Shown here in pieces: positions 38,392 through 47,449 of a stretch of DNA of 64,000 bases (positions are counted from its first letter, which is position 1; each line of letters starts with the position of its first letter). The DNA comes from an uncultured Clostridia bacterium (GTDB lineage Bacteria; Bacillota; Clostridia; TANB77; CAG-508). The notes under the pieces are model-generated. The model had not been told where the DNA came from and ran no database searches. It saw nothing but the letters and a program-made list of their open reading frames with translations. The stretch lies in NCBI GenBank assembly GCA_934167095.1, contig CAKPKE010000004.1, positions 7,033 to 71,032 of the forward strand. Reading direction: 5' to 3'. The translations under genes were made by a program, and so were the position numbers.

Positions 38392-41361
38392 ATGAATATA
38401 AAAAATAGACTACAAAAGATAACGATAATATTAGCAACATTTTTAATATTATTCAACTTTATGGGTGGAAATGTAGCATTTGCTGAATATGGAGCAGCGG
38501 CTTCTGATCCTGGCAAGGATAGTTCAATGCAAACATCAGGAGATAGCAAGGGCTCAATAGCAAGTGCGACAAAAGGTACAGGAATATCAGAGGCTGATAT
38601 CATTGCCAAAATAAAAGAAAAAGCAAATGTAGATGATGAAATGGCAAGAAAAATCTATAATGCAGCAACAGAGGATACAACTAAAATCACAGTAACATGG
38701 TCTACTAAAGGATATGCAAATAATGGTACAAAAACTTTAAAAAGTGTAGAAATATATTTTACTGGTGAAGAGCTAGAACAAATAAGAAATGGAACATATC
38801 AACCTAATTTAGCCACAAACCAAGAAAATGTACAAGATAATGTTCAAAGGGATTATTGGGATCCTGAAGCAAAAAATGATGGGAATTTTCTTGAAAGCTT
38901 ATTAATTACTCCAACTGTTGGATTAATTACTACATGTGTAGATGGCGTATATAAAGTATTTCAAAACTTTATATTAGGAACAAACACAAGCATAGGAAGC
39001 ACAATAACTTCAGCACTTCCTTGGGCAGGAAATCATATAGTAATAACAAAAGAAGACGGAAAGTCACAAGGATTAATATCTGATGGAGCTTCATTAACAG
39101 AGGAGGAAAAAAATTCTGCAATTCCAATTCAATACAGTCAAATTTATCATGTACCTACTATGATTTTAACTCCAGCAGCTATATTTGAAGGAAAAGTTGC
39201 TGCTTTAAATGGAAACTTTTTTGATACAGATGATGTTAATAATGAAATTGGTGGCGAAAATATGTCAACAGTTACTCAATTAAAATCAACTGTTAGTGGA
39301 TGGTATATAACATTAAGAAACATTGCTGTAGTTGGATTATTATCAGTACTAATTTATATAGGCATTAGGATAATTATAAGTACAAGTAATAGCGATAAAG
39401 CAAAATATAAACAGTTCTTCATGGACTGGGTAATTGCATTATGTTTAATATTCTTTATGCATTATATAATGTCATTCATAATGACGGTGACGGATTCAGT
39501 TACTGCTATGATGGCATCAGATCAGGGAGAGGATGGAAGCTATCAAGCAAAAGAAGTTGTGGTGCAATTTGAAAATGACGGTGATGGTAATGCAAGATAT
39601 ATGTATACATCTTTTGCTGGGGTTGCAAGAATGAGATTACAATATGCTTCACCGGCAACAAAACTAGGTTACATGGTAATGTATATAGCTTTTGTTGGAT
39701 ATACTGTATATTTCTCAGTAATTTACTTAAAGAGAATTTTATATTTATCATTCTTTACAATGATAGCACCAATGGTAGCATTAACTTATCCGCTTGATAA
39801 AATTAAAGATGGTAAAGCACAAGCTTTTAACTTCTGGTTTAAGGAATATATTTTTTATGCGATGCTACAACCATTACATTTATTCTTATATACAGTGCTT
39901 GTTAAATCAGCAATGACACTGGCTTCTACTAACATGATATATGCAATAGTAGCAATGGCATTTATAATACCAGCAGAAAAAATTGTAAAGAGTATGTTTG
40001 GAATAAGAGGACAAACAGAAGGAAATCTAGGTGGCTTAATGGGATTATCTGCAGCAACGCACATGTTCCAATTATTAAGAAAACCACCAAAGATGCCACA
40101 AGGTGCTGGTAAAGGTAATGGTGGAGAAAGTGAAGGAATTACTGATAATCCTAATAGTGGAAAATTTGATAGTTTATTTACAACGCCATCAACTGCATCA
40201 AATGATAATAGTGGATTCACAGCTGGTTCAATACCAGAAGTAGATGATTCAACAAGATATAATGAGCAACAACAGTTAGGAATAGCTGAGCAGAAAAGAG
40301 CTCAAATTGCTGCTGAACAAAAGAAAAAGGAAGAAGAAGAGGAAGAAAGAAACAGAAGGGCTTTATCAAATGGACAATTACAAAATCCTGGAATATTAGG
40401 AGAAAATACTTCTGGAATTTCTACTAAAGAACAAGAAAAACAACCTAGAATAAAACAATTACACAACAATGCTCGAACTGCTATTAGAAAGAGATTTGTT
40501 GCAGCTGGAGGCTATAAGGGACTTGCTATGAAAGCTGGAAAGGGACTTGCAAAAGGTTATATGACAGCAGCAGGAACCGTTGGGCTTGGAGCAGTTGGAC
40601 TTGGACTTGGTATGGTTGGAGGAGATTTAAATAATGCTTGGCAAGGACTTGTGGCAGGAGCTGGTGTTGGTGCATATGTTGGAAATAACGTAGGAAATGG
40701 AGTGTTAAATACAATTTCTGCAACAGCCAGTGGAAAAAATGCTTTAGGTTCTTTTGCATCAGAAGTATGGAATGGTGAAGAAGAAAGCATAAGATTAAGA
40801 GAAGAAAATGCCTATATGAATGACCAAGCTAATATTGCAAGAATTCAAGCAGAACATGGAGATTGGGATTATGAACAAATTCAAAACCATGCTAAGAGAG
40901 AATATAATATGCAAAGAGATTCAGGAGTACATGATACAAAACTTGCAAATAAGGCAATTAAACTAGAAGATGAATTCATTAGTCAAGGAAGTACTCCAGC
41001 AGATGCTCATGAGCATGCATATAAGATATTACAAGGAACAAAAGTTTATGATAAATCAATGTTCTATAATAAGAAGAAGCTAAATGAAGCAAGAGAAACT
41101 ATGGTTGAAAATAGAATGGCTTCAAAGAATGTATCAAGAGAAGAAGCTGTAGCACATACTAATAAAATCTTTAAGGAAATTGGACAAGTTTATGGTGTTG
41201 GAAAAGTTACAGATATGCCTGTTAGGACAACTGCAACGGCTACAAAGAAAACAGATGATACATCAAAAGGAAAAACTAGAACACAGCAAGAACTAGGTGA
41301 TGTAAGAGGAGCTAAAACTACAACAAAAATAAGAAGAACTAGTAATAAAAATGGTAAGTAA
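38392..41361 (+). CDS. VirB6/TrbL-like polytopic T4SS channel protein with large N- and C-terminal extensions
   Basis: AAGGAGG RBS and signal/anchor. At least 6 TM helices at about aa 300-560 (WYITLRNIAVVGLLSVLIYIGIRIII, FFMDWVIALCLIFFMHYIMSFIM, LGYMVMYIAFVGYTVYFSVIY, LSFFTMIAPMVALTY, IFYAMLQPLHLFLYTVLV, IYAIVAMAFIIPA). The C-terminal roughly 430 aa hold a charged coiled coil (EQKKKEEEEEERNRR) and a Gly-rich hydrophobic block (GTVGLGAVGLGLGMVGG..GAGVGAYVGNNVGNG). Confidence 0.6.
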   Translation: MNIKNRLQKITIILATFLILFNFMGGNVAFAEYGAAASDPGKDSSMQTSGDSKGSIASATKGTGISEADIIAKIKEKANVDDEMARKIYNAATEDTTKITVTWSTKGYANNGTKTLKSVEIYFTGEELEQIRNGTYQPNLATNQENVQDNVQRDYWDPEAKNDGNFLESLLITPTVGLITTCVDGVYKVFQNFILGTNTSIGSTITSALPWAGNHIVITKEDGKSQGLISDGASLTEEEKNSAIPIQYSQIYHVPTMILTPAAIFEGKVAALNGNFFDTDDVNNEIGGENMSTVTQLKSTVSGWYITLRNIAVVGLLSVLIYIGIRIIISTSNSDKAKYKQFFMDWVIALCLIFFMHYIMSFIMTVTDSVTAMMASDQGEDGSYQAKEVVVQFENDGDGNARYMYTSFAGVARMRLQYASPATKLGYMVMYIAFVGYTVYFSVIYLKRILYLSFFTMIAPMVALTYPLDKIKDGKAQAFNFWFKEYIFYAMLQPLHLFLYTVLVKSAMTLASTNMIYAIVAMAFIIPAEKIVKSMFGIRGQTEGNLGGLMGLSAATHMFQLLRKPPKMPQGAGKGNGGESEGITDNPNSGKFDSLFTTPSTASNDNSGFTAGSIPEVDDSTRYNEQQQLGIAEQKRAQIAAEQKKKEEEEEERNRRALSNGQLQNPGILGENTSGISTKEQEKQPRIKQLHNNARTAIRKRFVAAGGYKGLAMKAGKGLAKGYMTAAGTVGLGAVGLGLGMVGGDLNNAWQGLVAGAGVGAYVGNNVGNGVLNTISATASGKNALGSFASEVWNGEEESIRLREENAYMNDQANIARIQAEHGDWDYEQIQNHAKREYNMQRDSGVHDTKLANKAIKLEDEFISQGSTPADAHEHAYKILQGTKVYDKSMFYNKKKLNEARETMVENRMASKNVSREEAVAHTNKIFKEIGQVYGVGKVTDMPVRTTATATKKTDDTSKGKTRTQQELGDVRGAKTTTKIRRTSNKNGK

Positions 41362-41377
41362 ATCTTACCATTTTTTT
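41351..41377 (+). terminator. Internal terminator of the T4SS-like locus (stop codon in loop)
   Basis: ATGGTAAG / CTTACCAT 8-bp stem, loop TAAAT containing the TAA stop of the VirB6-like gene, then TTTTTTT. Confidence 0.7.
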
Positions 41378-41466
41378 ATACCACAAAATATCCATAAAAC
41401 TATGGAAACTTAGCGCTAGTTATGTTATTATATAATTATGTAATAGTACGTAGGAGGAAATGAATA

Positions 41467-42429
41467 ATGCATAAACTAATATCATTATGGAACCAAAATA
41501 GAAAACTTTTTTTAGCAATAATTGGAATAATAATTGCTATATTTATAGGAATTCAACTATTAAACCAAATGGCAAAAAATGATTTAAAAGAAAAAAATAA
41601 CGGAAATTCTGGTACAGCTACAAGCCAAACTAATACTGTTATTGATAAGTCTGCAAATACAACACAAACAGATAGTATAGGAAGCAATACAAATATATCG
41701 GCAGAAACAGCTAATGCAAATCAAACAATAATTAAAAATTTTGTAGATTATTGCAATAATGGAAATATTACAGAAGCATATAACTTATTAACAGAAAAGT
41801 GCAAAGCCGAATTCTATACAACACAAAACGATTTTAAATCAAAATATGTAGACAGAATTTTTACTAGCAAAAAACAGTTTAATTTGCAAAATTGGTATAC
41901 ATCAGATTTAGGAAGTACTTATAAAATTACATATATTAATGACATTTTAGCATCAGGAAAAGTTGAAACAAATATAGAAGATTATATAACAGTTTCAAAC
42001 AATAAAATTAACATTAATAGATTTATTGATAAATTAGATGTAAACAGAACTTCAAGCAATAAATTTGCAAAAATCACATTAGTGAGCAGAGAAATATTTG
42101 ACGAATACGAGATATTCAATTTACAAGTAACAAATTTAACAAACACAACTATAATGATAAACAGACATGCTGATAATGGTAAAACTTATGCAACATATAA
42201 TGACAGTAAAACATATAAAGCAATAATCAGTGAAACATATTCTGGAAATTTAACAATCGAAGGAAATCAAACTAAAAATGTAAGCATAAAAATAAACAAA
42301 ATGTATAATGGAAATTATTCACTAAGTAAGCTTACATTCACTGATATTATAAATAATAAAAACGACTTTGATAAAATAACCAATAAAGATGCCTACACAA
42401 ATGTATCAAGTATAGAAATAAATTTATAG
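41467..42429 (+). CDS. N-terminally anchored T4SS-associated protein (possible VirB8/TcpC-role, NTF2-like guess)
   Basis: AGGAGG RBS, TM LFLAIIGIIIAIFIGIQLL, then IIKNFVDYCNNGNITEAYNLLTEKCKAEFY... The family assignment is a guess from position and architecture. Confidence 0.35.
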   Translation: MHKLISLWNQNRKLFLAIIGIIIAIFIGIQLLNQMAKNDLKEKNNGNSGTATSQTNTVIDKSANTTQTDSIGSNTNISAETANANQTIIKNFVDYCNNGNITEAYNLLTEKCKAEFYTTQNDFKSKYVDRIFTSKKQFNLQNWYTSDLGSTYKITYINDILASGKVETNIEDYITVSNNKININRFIDKLDVNRTSSNKFAKITLVSREIFDEYEIFNLQVTNLTNTTIMINRHADNGKTYATYNDSKTYKAIISETYSGNLTIEGNQTKNVSIKINKMYNGNYSLSKLTFTDIINNKNDFDKITNKDAYTNVSSIEINL

Positions 42430-42442
42430 GAGTATAAAAGGC

Positions 42443-45400
42443 ATGGGAGATAATGATAAAAATATAAAGAAAAAAATAATGTCTAAAGCTATAAAAAAAA
42501 TAGCAAAAAAAATAGTAATTGGAGCATTAATTGCAGTAATACCAGCAGCATTATTTTGGGCTGTAATAGAAGGGCTATTAGATGAACTAAGTAATTCAAT
42601 AAATAATTTAGGAAGCACATATACATCAATTACAAGTAGTATTAACTCTGATTTATCAGAAGGAATAAACATTACAGATGATAAGATTGAACAATTAATA
42701 AGTGTATTACAAAAAAACGGAATATCACTACAATCAGTATTTTTAAGTGGTGACACACTTGGACTAGATGAAACTTCGCCAGAATATAAAACTGAATTAT
42801 ATAAATATTTAAGACAATTCTTACTAGCACAAGTTTGTACACAATATCCTGACTTTGGAATAACTGAAGATGAAACACATTATAATGGAATAATAAAAAT
42901 TAGAAGAACTGCAAGCACAGCAACAAGCGTAGATGAAGCTGTTGACATGACCTACGTTAAAAAAGATAAGTTTGAAGCTATGGTAGAGGCAGTTAACACA
43001 AATTCATTAGAAAATTCGACATTATCTGGAGAATATGAAACCGATACAAAAAATGTTGATATAGATTATACTGATGGAACAAAAATTAAATCTACAATAA
43101 TAGTTCCAGCAGGACTAAGCGATAGTATTCCACTTGTTGTAATGTGCCATGGATTCACAGGTGCCAAAGAAGGAGACGAGCATCACTTTACAACATTAGG
43201 AACATTGCTTGCATCAAATGGAATAGCAACAATAACTATTGATTTTCCTGGTTGCGGACAAAGTGATGTAGACAGCTTAAAATATACTTTAAGCACAATG
43301 CAAGGATATGTTGATACCGCAATTGAAAAAATGAAGTCAGACTACAATATAGATGAAAGTAAAATTGGTATAGTAGGCCATTCAATGGGTGGTAGAGTTG
43401 CATCATTGTATTTAGACAAAGTCTCAGCTGCTGCTTTATGGGCTCCTGCCAATGGAGATGGTCTAAAAGGCTTAGAATTCTTAGGAAACTATGATGAGCT
43501 AAACAATACAGCTCAAGAAAATGGAAGCGTTTCTAGTGGTTGGGATTATGCATCAACAGCTGTAAATTTTGATGGTAAATTTACACTAAGCAACACTTTC
43601 TTTAATGAAATGTCTGAGTCACATCCAAATGAAAAAATAAGTAGCTTTAGTGGAAAACTATTTGTTGCTTATGATTCTGAGGATAGAGATGGAACAAATA
43701 ATGTAATTAGCCCAGAAACAGTACAATCTGTAAAAGATGCTTTACCAAGCGGAGCTGAGTGGAAAGAATATGAGGACAACCATAATTTTATAAATACCGG
43801 TTCAGCCTTAATTTTAGATACAGCAAACTTTTTATGCAATGCTTTCCTAGGACATGATGCAGGAAGAAGTACTGATGCTGTTAATTTATTAGATGGATAT
43901 ACTTTAGAACAGTTAAGAAATCTAATACAAACTGTATATACAATCGATAACAATGGAAATTTATATTTTACAAATAGAAAAATTACAGATACAACAAGCG
44001 AAGCTGGAACTACTGCAGAAACGACTACAAGAGAATATGTAGTAACAGTTCAATCTGTAAATTATAAAGATGCCGTTGAAAAATACTCAATGCCAATGCA
44101 GGCAAGTTTAGCTTTATGCGAAGGAACACAAAATCCACAATATGTATATGAATTTATTGATGATTTTGTAAGAGCTGGACATATTGATATAACTATAATG
44201 GATAGTCTATATGTGGATACTTATAATAGTTGGTATGATTACCAATATTCGCAAAGAGTAGAAGTATGGACTAAGAAAGAAACTACAACGTATGATAAAT
44301 GGGATACAAAACATGAATATCCACATACGAGTGTGACTTGGCCAAAAACTAAAGATGAAACAACTAATATACAGGTAAATAATAGACATCATAACACAAT
44401 AATAATAAATACAATAGAATCAACAGCAAAAGTAACTGATGTAGATACATGGATGGCAAAAGTAAATTTTGAATTTTCAAATCAACAAAATATGGTAGAT
44501 TATCCTCTAGGAGAAGAAACTGTTGTAGATAATAATGCAAACCTTCCGGATTCTATACCAGCAAGTAGCACAACCTCAAATGAGGATACAAAAACTACCA
44601 CAACGTATTCTTATGATACATCAAATAGTAACAACTGGTGTCACTGGACTCAAACACAAAATATTGTACATAATGAGTGGGTTCAAGACAGTGTAGAAGT
44701 AGATGAGGTTGCAATAGACCAAAAAGCCCAAGCAATTGTTGCTCAATGGGATGAACAATTTTCTGTTCCAAATAGCACAGCAACAGCAGCACCAGGCCCA
44801 ATGATTAAAAATAATGAAGGAATGTTCTTGGAAATGCTAAATAATGAATCGACTCAAAAACAACAAGAAATATTCAAAAATTTACTATATATTTATACAA
44901 ATGGATTATATGGAAGTAACGAAAAAAATAATGATATTTACAAAGATAATGACCTAAAAACTGTTACAAATGACGATATTATTGTAAATGTAACAAAATC
45001 GGTTGCAAGACTTGTTTTATCAAAAGACCAATTAAAAACTGCAATTAAAGCATGCTATTCAGGACAAGCTCAAGAAAATTTATTGGGCGCATTAGATGCA
45101 TTTTATTCAATACAGCAAAACTACAAAGTAAATGGAACATTTGCAATAGCAGTTACGATAGCAGAATCAAGTGGTGGAACAAACTGGGCCGCAATAGATG
45201 AAAAAACACATAATTGGATGAGTGTACAAGGATCATTTAGCGGAAATTCATATACTGATGGTAATGGAACTAAGTGGAGAAAGTATACAAGCTTTTCACA
45301 AGCAACAAGAGACTTTGGAAAACTTATAAAGAATAATTATTTCTCTGAAGGAAGAAATACAGTAAAAGAAGTAATTGAAAAGTATAACCCTGGTGGAGCA

Positions 45401-46069
45401 GATGCTGAATCAGATTTGATAATTAAAGAAATGCTAAAAATGTATAGTGCAGTAGGTGTTATATTAGATGACTCAACTTCTTCAGATAATAATTCATGGT
45501 CTGGTGGTAATGGAAGTAGTAATGGTGGCTCTTCAATAAATGGAGAAAACGGTGATTTAGCAGGTAGCACAGGAGAGGGATTCTGGAACACTTATACTAA
45601 AGGTGGAAAAACATATAAATTATATTATCAAAATTATATGGGAACATATAACAACTGGGGTACAGGAACAAATGTAATGTGTGTTGCAACAGCTTATGCA
45701 ATTGTTAATTCTGCAGCAGGAGGAGGCAATCCTTTGGCATACTGGCAAGATGGCGTTGGTGGCGTAAATGGTGGCTTATCAAGATGTAGCAGAGATCAAG
45801 ATACAATAATGAATTATGTTGATAGTGGAAATCCTGTTGTAGTATATTCATACTTTGGAAATGCATTTTATGGCTCACCTCATGCTATTGTATTGTTGGA
45901 TGCAAGGAACACATCAGGAACAAATGAAGTATTTGTAGTAAATCCATATTATACACCAAACGGTTCTGGCGGACAAAAAGCAGGCGGTTGGATGCCACTA
46001 AGTACAGTTTTAGGATATCCTCAAGCTACAACAAATGCATTTGGTTCTTGCGGAGTACTATTAAGATAG
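42443..46069 (+). CDS. Multi-domain membrane-anchored hydrolase: alpha/beta-hydrolase + GH73-like glucosaminidase + papain-like Cys peptidase (VirB1-role candidate)
   Basis: TM KKIVIGALIAVIPAALFWAVI. The alpha/beta hydrolase has VVMCHGFTGAKEGD.. and the nucleophile elbow GIVGHSMGG (nt 43376-43393). GH73-like segment FAIAVTIAESSGGTNW..HNWMSV..WRKYTSFSQATRDFGKLI (about nt 45080-45330). C-terminal Cys..His peptidase NVMCVATAYA..GSPHAIVLLD (about nt 45640-46069). Confidence 0.65.
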   Translation: MGDNDKNIKKKIMSKAIKKIAKKIVIGALIAVIPAALFWAVIEGLLDELSNSINNLGSTYTSITSSINSDLSEGINITDDKIEQLISVLQKNGISLQSVFLSGDTLGLDETSPEYKTELYKYLRQFLLAQVCTQYPDFGITEDETHYNGIIKIRRTASTATSVDEAVDMTYVKKDKFEAMVEAVNTNSLENSTLSGEYETDTKNVDIDYTDGTKIKSTIIVPAGLSDSIPLVVMCHGFTGAKEGDEHHFTTLGTLLASNGIATITIDFPGCGQSDVDSLKYTLSTMQGYVDTAIEKMKSDYNIDESKIGIVGHSMGGRVASLYLDKVSAAALWAPANGDGLKGLEFLGNYDELNNTAQENGSVSSGWDYASTAVNFDGKFTLSNTFFNEMSESHPNEKISSFSGKLFVAYDSEDRDGTNNVISPETVQSVKDALPSGAEWKEYEDNHNFINTGSALILDTANFLCNAFLGHDAGRSTDAVNLLDGYTLEQLRNLIQTVYTIDNNGNLYFTNRKITDTTSEAGTTAETTTREYVVTVQSVNYKDAVEKYSMPMQASLALCEGTQNPQYVYEFIDDFVRAGHIDITIMDSLYVDTYNSWYDYQYSQRVEVWTKKETTTYDKWDTKHEYPHTSVTWPKTKDETTNIQVNNRHHNTIIINTIESTAKVTDVDTWMAKVNFEFSNQQNMVDYPLGEETVVDNNANLPDSIPASSTTSNEDTKTTTTYSYDTSNSNNWCHWTQTQNIVHNEWVQDSVEVDEVAIDQKAQAIVAQWDEQFSVPNSTATAAPGPMIKNNEGMFLEMLNNESTQKQQEIFKNLLYIYTNGLYGSNEKNNDIYKDNDLKTVTNDDIIVNVTKSVARLVLSKDQLKTAIKACYSGQAQENLLGALDAFYSIQQNYKVNGTFAIAVTIAESSGGTNWAAIDEKTHNWMSVQGSFSGNSYTDGNGTKWRKYTSFSQATRDFGKLIKNNYFSEGRNTVKEVIEKYNPGGADAESDLIIKEMLKMYSAVGVILDDSTSSDNNSWSGGNGSSNGGSSINGENGDLAGSTGEGFWNTYTKGGKTYKLYYQNYMGTYNNWGTGTNVMCVATAYAIVNSAAGGGNPLAYWQDGVGGVNGGLSRCSRDQDTIMNYVDSGNPVVVYSYFGNAFYGSPHAIVLLDARNTSGTNEVFVVNPYYTPNGSGGQKAGGWMPLSTVLGYPQATTNAFGSCGVLLR

Positions 46070-46079
46070 GAGATTGGTT

Positions 46080-47204
46080 ATGAACAAAAAGAAAAATATT
46101 GTAATAATTGCAATGATAATATTAACTATGGCAATTATTGCTACACTATTAGTAATATTAAAAACTACCAAACAAAATAGTGAAGACGAAGAAAATGTAT
46201 TAATGGAAGGATACGAAAATTTAAGTGTAATTACAGTAGAAAAAGTTAAATCAAAAACAATCTTACAACTTTTAATGAACTGCTTAAATGAAGACTATAT
46301 ACGAGAAGCATACAAAGTGAATACACAAGACATTGAAAAATATGCTGTTTATGTAAGAGAAAGTGCTGAAAATAAATTTTATATTGTTTACTTAGACTAT
46401 GATAATAAAGCATACAAAACTGATGAAATAAATGAAGAAACATATAAAAAAATAAAAAATGGACAAATAGATCAAAAATATTTAGAAACAAAAAGTGTAG
46501 AAGCAAATGGTCAAAATAGCTTTTTGGTAACAAATATGACAGACGAAAAAATAGCTATTATGTATTATAATGTAATCAAAAATTTAATAGTTAATGATAA
46601 TGTAGTGCTTTATAGCATATTAGACGAAAATTATAAAAATGCAAAATTTGCAGACCAATCAACATTCTATAATTATTGCAATAATATAAAAAGCAGTGTT
46701 GCAGACTCTGAAATAAGAGAATATAAAATAGATACTGTAAATGGTGTAGAACAGTATACTTGCATAGATAATAATAAACATACATTTATAATTAAAGTAA
46801 CATCTGCATTAGATTATACAGTTATGTTAGATGACTACACCGTTGAAAACAACACAGAAGTAGAGGAATATAATTCTTCAAATGATACTACAAAAATCTC
46901 TAAAAATATTGATAAATTTATGAAAATGATAGTAAATAGTGATTATCAATCTGCCTATAATTTACTAGATGCAACATATAAAGCAAATAATTTTCCTACT
47001 TTAGAAAGCTATACAAATTTTATTAATTTGCATTTTTATAGAACTGGATATTATACAATCGATTCGATAACGATGCAAGGAAATTACTATGTAGTAGCAG
47101 TAACTACAAAACAAACAGCGACTGTTGCTTCTTATAGTACTACAAATCAAATAATAATGAGCTTAGGCGAAGGTACAAGTTTTACAATGTCAATAGCAAA
47201 ATAA
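46080..47204 (+). CDS. N-terminally anchored T4SS-associated protein (paralogue-like of 41467 gene)
   Basis: ATG 46080 behind AGGAGA. TM IVIIAMIILTMAIIATLLVIL. The C-terminal module IVNSDYQSAYNLLDATYKANNFPTLESYTNFI echoes GNITEAYNLLTEKCKAEFYTTQNDFKSKY of the 41467 protein. Confidence 0.35.
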   Translation: MNKKKNIVIIAMIILTMAIIATLLVILKTTKQNSEDEENVLMEGYENLSVITVEKVKSKTILQLLMNCLNEDYIREAYKVNTQDIEKYAVYVRESAENKFYIVYLDYDNKAYKTDEINEETYKKIKNGQIDQKYLETKSVEANGQNSFLVTNMTDEKIAIMYYNVIKNLIVNDNVVLYSILDENYKNAKFADQSTFYNYCNNIKSSVADSEIREYKIDTVNGVEQYTCIDNNKHTFIIKVTSALDYTVMLDDYTVENNTEVEEYNSSNDTTKISKNIDKFMKMIVNSDYQSAYNLLDATYKANNFPTLESYTNFINLHFYRTGYYTIDSITMQGNYYVVAVTTKQTATVASYSTTNQIIMSLGEGTSFTMSIAK

Positions 47205-47239
47205 TTAATTATGAAATAAAAAATTGCTAAATAAGTGAT

Positions 47240-47282
47240 ATGAACCCAAAATGTTAGATAAAACATATAGGGTTCATTTTTA
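47240..47282 (+). terminator. Rho-independent terminator closing the T4SS-like locus
   Basis: ATGAACCC / GGGTTCAT outer stem plus inner ATGTT/AACAT pairing, then TTTTT. Confidence 0.75.
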
Positions 47283-47449
47283 TGCTTAATATTTAAGCTT
47301 GTCTATTATTTTTTTATAGGATAAATTATAATTTTAAAATTTTAGTAATGAATAATTAAAAAGTAAAATAGTATAAATGTAAAGAATAATATGTTAAAAA
47401 ATGTATCTTAAATAAAATTTATAAATATATTATATGAGGAGATTTTACT

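Noticed and set aside
38304-38609. 101-aa minus-strand ORF spanning the virB4 / VirB6-like junction
   Set aside because: It is antisense to two tightly linked, well-supported genes and would run across their RBS region.
42424-42756. 110-aa minus-strand ORF at the 5' end of the 1208-aa hydrolase gene
   Set aside because: It is antisense to a gene with a clear RBS and TM anchor, and it has no signals of its own.
33393-47282. T4SS-like locus considered as part of a prophage or a complete ICE
   Set aside because: The window contains no capsid, tail, terminase or portal-like genes. It also lacks an integrase, excisionase, relaxase, coupling protein and replication genes, and I noticed no flanking direct repeats. 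I therefore reported it as an orphan T4SS-like locus. Whole-genome context is still needed.
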